A stretch of DNA of 64,000 nt from Candidatus Latescibacterota bacterium (GTDB lineage Bacteria; Latescibacterota; UBA2968): NCBI GenBank assembly GCA_965207885.1, contig OZ242311.1, positions 864,001 to 928,000 of the forward strand, written 5' to 3'. Positions 55,969-64,000 of this stretch are shown here, one piece after another. The translations under genes were made by a program, and so were the position numbers. The notes under the pieces are model-generated. The model ran no database searches and was not told the DNA's origin. It saw only the letters and a program-made list of their open reading frames with translations. Position 1 is the first letter of the stretch. Each line of letters starts with the position of its first letter.

Positions 55969-56727
55969 TTAATTCGCATTCATAGCAGTTAAGGGGATTT
56001 TGCGCCTGTTTTTGCGTTCTGTCCACCAGATTTTTGCGCGCCAGAGTCCGCCGCGCACAGCAAGGGCGAGTGCGGCAAATATCAAACGGTGAAGATAAAT
56101 GGAGAGCCGCAGGGATCCCGATCCGGCAAAGCGCGGCTGGATAAAGTCAGGGGTGATTGAGATGCGGATGCGTTTGCCAAAGATGCGCTTGAACGCTTCT
56201 ACATATCCAAATAGACGCCCGGTGAAAGCGGGGTCGTCCGTTCCCAGTTCCAGATTCAATTCGAGGTGCCGAAATGCGATTGTTTTTGATAGGCGCTTCA
56301 TAAATCGCGTCAGAATGGGACGCACATCCGCGGCGTAGTCCAGGTATTGTTTTGTTTTCGCGTGCAGGGTTTGCAAACGCGACCAGTAGGAGGGTTTCGT
56401 TGTTGGGTATGATTTTTTAGGTCTTTCCCGTTTTGGTTTGGTGGTGGTATCTCTTTCGGGGTCTGTTGTTGCTGATGGCGGTTTTTCCCCGGGTCGCCAC
56501 GCGGTCCAGCGTCCGATAACGACGCGTAGTTGCATTCCCTTTTTGTCGATGTCGCAAATAATACCACATAGCCCGGCACAACCGCGCGCGAAGCCGGATA
56601 TACTGTAGTCATTTTCGCGGTAGTATCCCGTTGCACCTGCGCGGATTGGCAAGAATATGAAGAGTGCCAGAATTGCGAGGGGGATACCCAGTAAAAGGCC
56701 AATGGCGATGAGGATTGATGTGAGCAT
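55969..56727 (-). CDS. DUF2953 (YtfI-like) membrane protein
   Basis: N-terminal TM, LELGTDDPAFTGRLFG...ISITPDF. Canonical position upstream of ytfJ. Confidence 0.8.
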   Translation of the reverse strand: MLTSILIAIGLLLGIPLAILALFIFLPIRAGATGYYRENDYSISGFARGCAGLCGIICDIDKKGMQLRVVIGRWTAWRPGEKPPSATTDPERDTTTKPKRERPKKSYPTTKPSYWSRLQTLHAKTKQYLDYAADVRPILTRFMKRLSKTIAFRHLELNLELGTDDPAFTGRLFGYVEAFKRIFGKRIRISITPDFIQPRFAGSGSLRLSIYLHRLIFAALALAVRGGLWRAKIWWTERKNRRKIPLTAMNAN

Positions 56728-56780
56728 TTTCAAAATAGGGTAAAAATGAGTGTTAAAGTCAAGCAGTTTTGCCTATGCAC

Positions 56781-56809
56781 TTGACACGGTGGCGCGTAGA
56801 TTGCAATAT
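56781..56809 (+). promoter_or_regulatory. Putative sigma70 promoter of the mutase-dehydratase operon
   Basis: TTGACA-17 nt-CAATAT. Confidence 0.55.
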
Positions 56810-56852
56810 TTGGCGGTAGATAGTTATGTAAACGCGATGCACAGGAGTATTT

Positions 56853-58697
56853 ATGACGATATACCAGCAGATCGAGAACTGGGCAGCAGAGAACAGGCTT
56901 TCTGCCGCGGCATTTCAAGGACTTTCGCAATGGCTTATTGATCCAGAGTTTGCCGATTTTGTACCGGAAATTCAATTGCTTATTGAAGATGAAGATATAG
57001 ATGAGATTGAGGATGCTTTTCGCACCCATATCGAGTTTGGTACGGGCGGTATTCGGGGCAAGATGGGGCCGGGTCCCAATCGAATCAATTTGAGGACGAT
57101 TGGAGAAGCGGCGCAGGGTTTGGCGCAATATATACTCAAGTCGGGTATTGAGGATGCCAGAGATATGGGTGTGGTGATTGCGTACGATACGCGGAACAAT
57201 TCGGATGTTTTTGCGCGGGAGACGGCTGCGATTATTGCGGGTAATGGTATTGTTGCGCGTCTGTTTGGTGGTCCCCGCGCAACGCCTCATCTTTCTTTTG
57301 CGCTTCGCCAGACGGGTGCTGTTGCTGGTGTGGTTATTAGCGCGAGTCACAATCCGCCTTCGGATAATGGTTTTAAGGCGTGCTGGATTGATGGCGGGCA
57401 GGTGGTTCCGCCGCACGATAAGAATATTATTGCCGAGGTTGGTGCTGTTAAGCGTCTCGATAGAATTGACTATGCGGACGGGGTGGATCGGGAGTTGATT
57501 GAGGTGCTCGATGAGAAGCTCGACGCACAATATGTTGAAAAGCTGGTTGATCTTTCCCTTTGCGATGCCCGCGATATAAGTGTTGTATATACGCCATTAC
57601 ACGGTGTTGGTTCAACGAGTGTTGTGCCCGCGCTTCAGAATCTGGGGTATTCCCATTTGCGCGTTGTTGAGGCGCAAGATGTTCCGGATGGCAATTTTCC
57701 TACGGTGGCAGGGGGTGTGGCAAATCCCGAAGATCCGGGTGCGCTTTCTCTGGCTATTGAAGAGGCAAGGCGGGTTCGGGCTGATGTTGTTCTGGCGAGC
57801 GATCCAGATGCCGATCGTCTGGGTTGTGCGCTACCCGATCTGCAGAAGGGTTGGGATGCCGCTCCCGATAATCTCGCGATTAATGGCAATCAGATCGGCG
57901 CTATTTTGTGTTATTATATTTTGACTTCGCTCAGGGAGCAGGATAAATTGCCCGATAGGGGAATTGTGTGTAAGACGATTGTTACGACAGATCTCATTAG
58001 TCTTATTGCGAGGGATTTTGGTCTGATATCTGTTGATAACCTCCTCGTTGGGTTCAAATATATTGGCGATGTGATTAATAATTTGTCAGGTGATGAGACT
58101 TTTGTGTTTGGGACGGAAGAGAGCCACGGTTATTTGTTTACCGATTTTGTGCGCGATAAAGATGCCGCTGTTGCTGCGGTTTTGCTCGCGGAGTGCGCTG
58201 CCCAACTCAAGAGGCAAGGTCGTACGTTGAGGGATTATCTGGATGATATTTATCGCGCGTTCGGATATTTTTCCGAGGTGCAGAAATCGACGTATCGAGA
58301 AGGCGCGCAGGGCAATGAGGAGATTGCCCAGATTATGAATGGTCTGCGCCAGGATCCGCCTGCTGAAATTGGTGGATACAAGGTGGTTGAGGTTATTGAT
58401 CGCCAAACGAATACTGTGCATAATGTTCAGGCGGGTTCTACGCGCACGATTCAGGGTGCTATGGGCAATGTTCTCGCGTTTACCTTGTCGGAGAAAGGGC
58501 ACACGCGGGTAACTGCTCGGCCTTCTGGTACAGAACCCAAGATCAAGTATTATGTTTCGGCGACTTCGGCTGATTGCGCAGATCTGGCTGGGGATGATTT
58601 GGAGCAGATAAGACAAAATGTCGATCAGTTCGCTCAGGAGATTGTCAATGGGATGCTTGTTTCAGCAGAGTGCGCGCTGGAAGCGGTGACATCATGA
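56853..58697 (+). CDS. pgm: Phospho-sugar mutase (phosphoglucomutase/phosphomannomutase)
   Basis: FGTGGIRG, ISASHNP, DPDADR, EESHG, RPSGTEPKIKYY. Confidence 0.93.
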   Translation: MTIYQQIENWAAENRLSAAAFQGLSQWLIDPEFADFVPEIQLLIEDEDIDEIEDAFRTHIEFGTGGIRGKMGPGPNRINLRTIGEAAQGLAQYILKSGIEDARDMGVVIAYDTRNNSDVFARETAAIIAGNGIVARLFGGPRATPHLSFALRQTGAVAGVVISASHNPPSDNGFKACWIDGGQVVPPHDKNIIAEVGAVKRLDRIDYADGVDRELIEVLDEKLDAQYVEKLVDLSLCDARDISVVYTPLHGVGSTSVVPALQNLGYSHLRVVEAQDVPDGNFPTVAGGVANPEDPGALSLAIEEARRVRADVVLASDPDADRLGCALPDLQKGWDAAPDNLAINGNQIGAILCYYILTSLREQDKLPDRGIVCKTIVTTDLISLIARDFGLISVDNLLVGFKYIGDVINNLSGDETFVFGTEESHGYLFTDFVRDKDAAVAAVLLAECAAQLKRQGRTLRDYLDDIYRAFGYFSEVQKSTYREGAQGNEEIAQIMNGLRQDPPAEIGGYKVVEVIDRQTNTVHNVQAGSTRTIQGAMGNVLAFTLSEKGHTRVTARPSGTEPKIKYYVSATSADCADLAGDDLEQIRQNVDQFAQEIVNGMLVSAECALEAVTS

Positions 58698-60190
58698 CCC
58701 AATCGACAGATACAGGTATTAACCGAAATTTGACGAGCTACGGCGATCCGGAATTTAGCAAGTATATTCGCAGGGCTTTTCTCGCTGCTGCGGGATATGA
58801 TGGCGAGGATGTGGATCGTCCCGTTATTGGGATTGCTTCGACGGCTTCTGATTATAATCCCTGCCATGGACATATGCCGGATTTGATCGAGGCGGTTAAA
58901 CGCGGGGTTTTTGAAGGTGGTGGTCTGCCGTTTGTTTTTCCCACGATTTCGCTGAATGAGATTTTCTTTTCGCCTACGACGATGCTTTTTCGGAATCTGC
59001 TGTCTATGGAGACCGAGGAGCTGATTACGGCTCAACCTATGGATGCTGTGGTGCTGATGGGGGGGTGCGATAAGACTGTGCCAGCGCAATTGATGGCTGC
59101 TGCTTCGGCAAATATTCCCGCTGTTCAGGTCGTGTCTGGTGCGATGCGAACCGGTTCGTGGCAAGGCGAGAGGTTGGGTGCGTGTACAGATTGTCGCCGT
59201 TATTGGGCGCAATATCGCGCTGGGGAACTGAGCGATCGGCAGATCGAAGGTGTGACGCAGTCGCTTTGCAGTACGCCGGGGACCTGTATGGTTATGGGGA
59301 CTGCTTCGACGATGGCGAGTGTGGTGGAGACCCTCGGTTTGATGGTTTCTGGCGGTGCGACACCGCTTTCGGGTACGGGAGATCGCTTGCGCGTGGGTGT
59401 GCGGTCTGGACGCATGGCCGTTGCTCTTGCTCGTGCGGGACGCCGACCCGTACAATTGCTCACGCGGGCGTCTTTTCTCAATGCGCTTGCGGTGCTCCAC
59501 GCGCTGGGTGGTTCTACGAATGCGATTGTGCATCTTCTGGCGATTGCGCGGCGGGCGGGGACCGCGCTGACTCTGGAAGATATGCACGAGGTGTCGCAAC
59601 GGGTGCCTTTGCTCGTGGATTGCAAGCCCGCAGGTGTGGGTTATATGGAGGATTTTCACGAGGCGGGTGGTGTTCCCGCGTTGCTCAAGGCATTGGCGTC
59701 TTTGCTGGATTGTTCTGTGCCGACGATTACGGGGCAAGCACTGGGCGATTATTTGAAGACGGTTCAACCTCCTCAGTCCTGGCAAAGTACTATTCGCACG
59801 CTGGACAATCCCCTTGGTGCTACGGGCGCATTGATTGTGATTCGCGGGAATCTGGCGCCGGATGGGGCTGTGCTCAAGGTTGCTGCGGCGTCTCCCGAAT
59901 TGCTGGCGCATCGGGGTCCCGCGGTTGTTTTTGATTCTGCTGAGGATGCGTCTGCGCGGATTGATGATCCTTCTCTCAATATTACGCCCAATCATGTGAT
60001 GATTTTGCGGAATGCCGGTCCCGTGGGAGATGGGTTCCCGGAGGCGGGGTCTTTGCCTATTCCCAAATATCTGGCGCAAAAAGGGGTCAAAGATATGGTG
60101 CGGATTTCCGATGCGCGTATGAGTGGGACGTCTTATGGTACGGTGGTGTTGCACTGTTCTCCCGAGGCGGCGACAGGGGGACCTCTTGCT
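58694..60190 (+). pseudogene. IlvD/Edd family (sugar-acid) dehydratase, 3'-truncated at about 60190; the frame reads on to 60544 through unrelated sequence
   Basis: NPCH, GGCDKT, GTCMVMGTASTM, GGSTN, ISDARMSGT, SPEAATGGPLA. Family similarity then stops abruptly. Confidence 0.8.
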
Positions 60191-60192
60191 TT

Positions 60193-62388
60193 TTGTTTCG
60201 GATGGCAGAGGGTGAAGAATTTCGCATTCCCATCCGCGAGCGTTTTGAAATTGCACATTTATCCGATGGTGGTGCGCCCTTTGTCGCACTTCCGGACCAG
60301 AACGACCGGTTATTGCCGCGTTACGAAGGGAGATGGGCGGATATGGGGCGACGTCAGACCGAGGTGTCGCGCGGCACGTCCCGCGGTTATTTTTTGTGGG
60401 CCTGGGAGAATCCTCTGCCGGATCGCACGGTTGAGTCGCTGGAGATTATCCCGGGTGGTCCGCGTTTTATTATCGCGGGTGTTACGCTTTCGCATCTCGA
60501 AGAGCATCCTTTTGTGCGACACGGGAAGCGGGAAGCGCGCCTGATTCTGACCCATCCAGAAGATGCGGAAAAACCGTTTGACCTCAGCGTGGAGGTGGAT
60601 CGGGGGACGGCAACTTATGTGCATCCACTGCCCGAAGCGTCTGCCGATGATTTTGTCAATGATGATTTCGCCGGTTGGGGAGAGGCGCAGAATCCCAAAT
60701 CGAGTCCGGCTTATGTCGAGGTCGCTGCCACGCCTTCGGCTACGATGACGGTGAAGCAGGGCGAGGAAAAGGTGGGCGAGGTCAAGTGGGGTGATGTCGA
60801 GGAGAAGAAGGTGGTCGAGACCCCGCGAATGCGCGTGGAACTCCTGGATCGGGGGCGGAACTGGGTTCACGTCACTGTTCTCGATGACGATACGGGCAAG
60901 CCCATCCCTTGCCGCGTCCACTTCCGCTCGCCGGAGGGGATTCCCTATCAGCCTTACGGGCATCACAATCAAGTCAATTCCAATCTCGATAGCTGGCATG
61001 TTGATATCGGTGGCGATCTTCGGCTTGGACAAATCACTTATGCGTATATCGACGGTCGTTGCCAGGGGTGGCTGCCGCGCGGTGAGGTTATCGTGGATGT
61101 CGCCCGGGGGTTCGAGTATGAGCCGCTGCGGACGCGGGTGAAGATCCAACCGGGTCAACGCGAACTGACTTTGCGTCTCAAGCGGTGGATTCACATGAAC
61201 GAGGGGGGATGGTATAGCGGGGATTCGCACGTTCACTTCCTTTCGACGCAAGGCAGTCATACGGAGTCTCAGGGGGAGGATCTCAATATCGTTAATTTGC
61301 TCCCGTCGCAGTGGGGCAATCTTTTTACCAATACGGAGGATTTTACGGGCAGGCCGAGTATCTCGCAATATGGGAACAATATCGTCTATGTCGGTCAGGA
61401 GAATAGGCAGCATTTTCTGGGGCATCTCATTCTGTGGGGCCTCAAAGAGCCGGTGATGCCGTGGTGCAGTGATGGTCCCGGTGAGTCCGAACTGGGTGGT
61501 ACGCTGGAGATCACGATGAGCGATTGGGCGGATCAGTGTCATGCACAGGGTGGCTCGGTTATTATCCCGCATCTCCCGAATCCGAATGGGGAGCCTGCGG
61601 CGCTGATTGCCACTGGCCGCGTGGATGGCGTGGAGATGCTGCGTCATGCGCCGTTCAATCATCTGGAATACTATCGCTATCTCAACTGCGGTTACCGCTT
61701 GCCGCTGGTTGGCGGGACGGATAAGATGAGTAGCGATGTGCCCGTTGGTATTTACCGCACTTATGCCTATTTGCCCGATGAGGAATTTACCTACGATAAT
61801 TGGTGCAAAAGTGTATCGCAGGGTCGAACATTTCACAGCGGTGGTCCCATCATTCATCTCACTGCGGATGGACACCAGGTTGGCGATACGATGCAGTTGT
61901 CGGGGGCCGGTACGGTGGAGGTCGAAGCGTGGGCAGAGAGTATTTTTCCGATTCATACGCTCGAGATCGTTCAGGCAGGGCGCGTCGTTGCTTCGACGGA
62001 GGATAATAAAGGTGCGCGGCGATTGGAACTGAAAGCAAAGGTGAAGGTGGATGGGCATACCTGGATTGCCGCCCGATGTGCAGGTCCCAATTATACCAGT
62101 GTTCCCCATCACGATGGTTGGGGACGGGGGATTTTCGCCCATACTTCGCCGATTTACATCGCTTGCGGTGGCGAGTGGTGGATGTTCGATCTGGAAGCCG
62201 CCCAGTATATGCTGACGCTTATCGATGGCGATCTGGCGTACATCCGCCAAACCGCTGCCCGGCACGATCCCGGTACGGCGACTCACCATCACGGCGAGTT
62301 GGACCATCTCGCGTATCTGGAACGTCCCTTTGTCGAAGCCCGTGCAGCGATTCACCGAAGGATGCATCAGTTGGGGATACCGCATTGA
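60193..62388 (+). CDS. CehA/McbA-like PHP-fold metallohydrolase, probably 5'-truncated
   Basis: RGFEY, WYSGDSHVH, HLILWG, YRYLNCGYRLPLVGGTD, RTY, FAHTSPIY. No RBS before the TTG. Confidence 0.75.
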   Translation: MFRMAEGEEFRIPIRERFEIAHLSDGGAPFVALPDQNDRLLPRYEGRWADMGRRQTEVSRGTSRGYFLWAWENPLPDRTVESLEIIPGGPRFIIAGVTLSHLEEHPFVRHGKREARLILTHPEDAEKPFDLSVEVDRGTATYVHPLPEASADDFVNDDFAGWGEAQNPKSSPAYVEVAATPSATMTVKQGEEKVGEVKWGDVEEKKVVETPRMRVELLDRGRNWVHVTVLDDDTGKPIPCRVHFRSPEGIPYQPYGHHNQVNSNLDSWHVDIGGDLRLGQITYAYIDGRCQGWLPRGEVIVDVARGFEYEPLRTRVKIQPGQRELTLRLKRWIHMNEGGWYSGDSHVHFLSTQGSHTESQGEDLNIVNLLPSQWGNLFTNTEDFTGRPSISQYGNNIVYVGQENRQHFLGHLILWGLKEPVMPWCSDGPGESELGGTLEITMSDWADQCHAQGGSVIIPHLPNPNGEPAALIATGRVDGVEMLRHAPFNHLEYYRYLNCGYRLPLVGGTDKMSSDVPVGIYRTYAYLPDEEFTYDNWCKSVSQGRTFHSGGPIIHLTADGHQVGDTMQLSGAGTVEVEAWAESIFPIHTLEIVQAGRVVASTEDNKGARRLELKAKVKVDGHTWIAARCAGPNYTSVPHHDGWGRGIFAHTSPIYIACGGEWWMFDLEAAQYMLTLIDGDLAYIRQTAARHDPGTATHHHGELDHLAYLERPFVEARAAIHRRMHQLGIPH

Positions 62389-62467
62389 TGTGGCAAGAAT
62401 TGTGAATGGTTTTTTTGCAAAAAAAAAGAAGGGTCCTTTTATTTTTGTTATAAGGAGATAGAATTAA

Positions 62468-62815
62468 ATGAATATAGATGTCAGGTGGGTGCGGAAAGAT
62501 GGGGTCTTAATTGTCGTGCTCAATGGTATTATCGACAGTAGCAGTGCCCCTCAATTGCAATGTGCCCTGGAATCTGGTATTGGTCCGGCAGATCATGCAT
62601 TGCTTCTGGACTTTGAGCAGGTATCTTTTCTCAGTAGTGCAGGGCTTCGGATTTTCCTGATATTTGCCAGGAGATTTAATGCACCGGGCAAACAATTTGG
62701 CGTTTGCGCCCTCTCTGATCCCATCCGCAATGTTATCACCATCAGTGGTTTTGATAAGTTCCTCAAGGTTTATAACTCTCAGACAGAGGCAGTCAACGCG
62801 TTTAAGAGCGGTTGA
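62468..62815 (+). CDS. STAS domain anti-sigma factor antagonist
   Basis: LNGIIDSSSAP, LLDFEQVSFLSSAGLR, VITISGF. AAGGAG RBS. Confidence 0.92.
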   Translation: MNIDVRWVRKDGVLIVVLNGIIDSSSAPQLQCALESGIGPADHALLLDFEQVSFLSSAGLRIFLIFARRFNAPGKQFGVCALSDPIRNVITISGFDKFLKVYNSQTEAVNAFKSG

Positions 62816-62833
62816 GCTAAGGAGGATAGAGTT

Positions 62834-63556
62834 GTGTTTGATTATCGCGAGTCCGATGTCAACGCACGGGACCCCGATAGTGGTCGGACGCCGCTACACT
62901 TTGCGGTAGAGAATAGTGATTGTGAAGTGGTTGAGCAATTGCTTGAGCGGGGTGCCGATGTCAATGTGCAGGAAAAAACTGGCAATACGCCGCTACACTT
63001 TGCGGCGATTGGCAATGCTTCTGAAGTGGCCGAGTTATTGCTTGAGCGGGGTGCCTATGTCAACGCACAGGATAGTGGTGGTACGACGCCGCTACACAAT
63101 GCGGCGATTGGTAATGCTTCTGAAGTGGCCGAGTTATTGCTTGAGCAGGGTGCCGATGCCAATGTGCAGGATAGTGGTGGCACGACGCCACTACACAATG
63201 CGGCGATTAGTAATGCTTCTGAAGTGGCCGAGTTATTGCTTGAGCAGGGTGCTGATGTCAATGTGCGGGATGTGGTTGGCAATACGCCGCTACACAATGC
63301 GGCGAGTAATAATGCTTCTTCTGAAGCAGCTGAGGTATTGTTGGACCATGGTGTCGATGTCAATGTGCAGAATAATGATGGCAATACGCCGCTGGACCTG
63401 GCGAGGCGAGGAGACGCTTCTGAAACAGTGGAACTGTTGCTTAACCGTGGTGCTATCACTTCAACGCAACCCAAAAACCGTCGCGTGGGCGTGATTATAG
63501 GCGTGATTATTCTCTTGTTTCTATGTTTTATGATATTTGTTTTAGTCAGCCCATAG
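62834..63556 (+). CDS. Ankyrin-repeat protein (6 repeats) with C-terminal TM anchor
   Basis: Six TPLH/TPLD motifs with LLE.GA.VN. C-terminal RRVGVIIGVIILLFLCFMIFVLV. Confidence 0.92.
   Translation: MFDYRESDVNARDPDSGRTPLHFAVENSDCEVVEQLLERGADVNVQEKTGNTPLHFAAIGNASEVAELLLERGAYVNAQDSGGTTPLHNAAIGNASEVAELLLEQGADANVQDSGGTTPLHNAAISNASEVAELLLEQGADVNVRDVVGNTPLHNAASNNASSEAAEVLLDHGVDVNVQNNDGNTPLDLARRGDASETVELLLNRGAITSTQPKNRRVGVIIGVIILLFLCFMIFVLVSP
62954..63450 (+). repeat. 99-bp near-identical coding tandem repeats (ankyrin)
   Basis: Units start at 62954, 63053, 63152, 63251 and 63353; the fourth unit is 102 bp. Confidence 0.9.
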
Positions 63557-63571
63557 CATAGCGGTAACAAA

Positions 63572-64000
63572 TTAAAAAATAGACGCCATCCATCCGCCAT
63601 CCACGGGCAGGGCTGTGCCAGTGATCCAGGCGGCGGCGTCCGATGCGAAGAATACCGCGGCGTTGCCGATGTCCGATGGCAAGCCCAGGCGAGGCAGTGG
63701 GGTTTTTACCCGGCAGTCTTCAATTTCCTGTGGTGTGAGATAATCCTGTATGGGCGTTTCGATGTAGCCCGGGCAGATGGCGTTGACGGTTGCGCCAAAG
63801 GGAGCCAGTTCCAGGGCGGTGTCTCGCGTGAGGTTGACGACGCCGGCTTTTGATGCGGCATACGCTGGTCCTCCGCCACCGCCAAATGACTGTACAGATG
63901 CGATGTGGATGATTCTGCCGGATGGTTTTTTGAGGTGTGGCATGGCGAGTTTGCTGGCGACATATAGTGCCCGAAGGTTTACGCCCATGACTGTGTCGTA
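63572..64000 (-). CDS. SDR oxidoreductase (5' end outside the window)
   Basis: YAASKAG, VNAICPGYIET, ITGTALPVDGG. Confidence 0.9.
   Translation of the reverse strand, partial: YDTVMGVNLRALYVASKLAMPHLKKPSGRIIHIASVQSFGGGGGPAYAASKAGVVNLTRDTALELAPFGATVNAICPGYIETPIQDYLTPQEIEDCRVKTPLPRLGLPSDIGNAAVFFASDAAAWITGTALPVDGGWMASIF

Noticed and set aside
58634-60289. 551-aa minus-strand ORF
   Set aside because: R/H-rich antisense shadow of the dehydratase.
60191-60544. Apparent novel C-terminal domain on the dehydratase
   Set aside because: It is out-of-frame read-through over the next gene after the junction.
60310-62385. 691-aa minus-strand ORF
   Set aside because: Antisense shadow of the metallohydrolase, with no motifs and composition typical of reverse-frame reads.
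62954-63450. Regular repeats as a possible CRISPR array
   Set aside because: These are 99-bp in-frame ankyrin units with no unique spacers and no cas genes.
1-64000. tRNA, rRNA, riboswitches (e.g. glycine riboswitch before gcvP)
   Set aside because: None recognisable. gcvPA overlaps coaE, leaving no leader. An Infernal/Rfam scan would be needed to exclude small RNAs.

Overview
A bacterial chromosomal window of about 60 genes, by eye roughly 50-55% GC with two lower-GC patches. It mixes housekeeping genes (double-length uvrA, glgP, a shortened rel, a ychF paralog, gcvPA/PB, coaE, hflKC, recG, a phospho-sugar mutase) with heterotrophic catabolic genes (GH5, sulfatase, sugar and family-5 ABC components, SDRs, Gfo/Idh/MocA, IlvD/Edd dehydratase). 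It also has six PhyH-type Fe(II)/2OG dioxygenases, toxin-antitoxin modules and a membrane-anchored ankyrin protein. This content resembles marine sponge-associated Latescibacterota/Gemmatimonadota/Poribacteria-like symbiont MAGs, which is an inference only. I see no rRNA, tRNA, CRISPR array or intact transposase. The most interesting items are: (1) an AT-rich two-gene cassette downstream of the ychF paralog whose two products share a beta-strand motif (2TM protein plus FlgT_C-like protein); (2) an exported M16 protease pair and a CsgG/TPR-like lipoprotein that carry the same duplicated promoter/operator; (3) three signalling proteins with degenerate catalytic motifs (Rel, YchF, an Asp-to-Asn pseudo-receiver); (4) a CGTC-type hairpin family with conserved loop, covarying stems and a nested copy; (5) a frameshifted higB; (6) a chimeric junction at about 60190. 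Many starts were moved from the ORF track by eye, using RBS position and family N-termini. Product calls come from motif recognition, not database searches.
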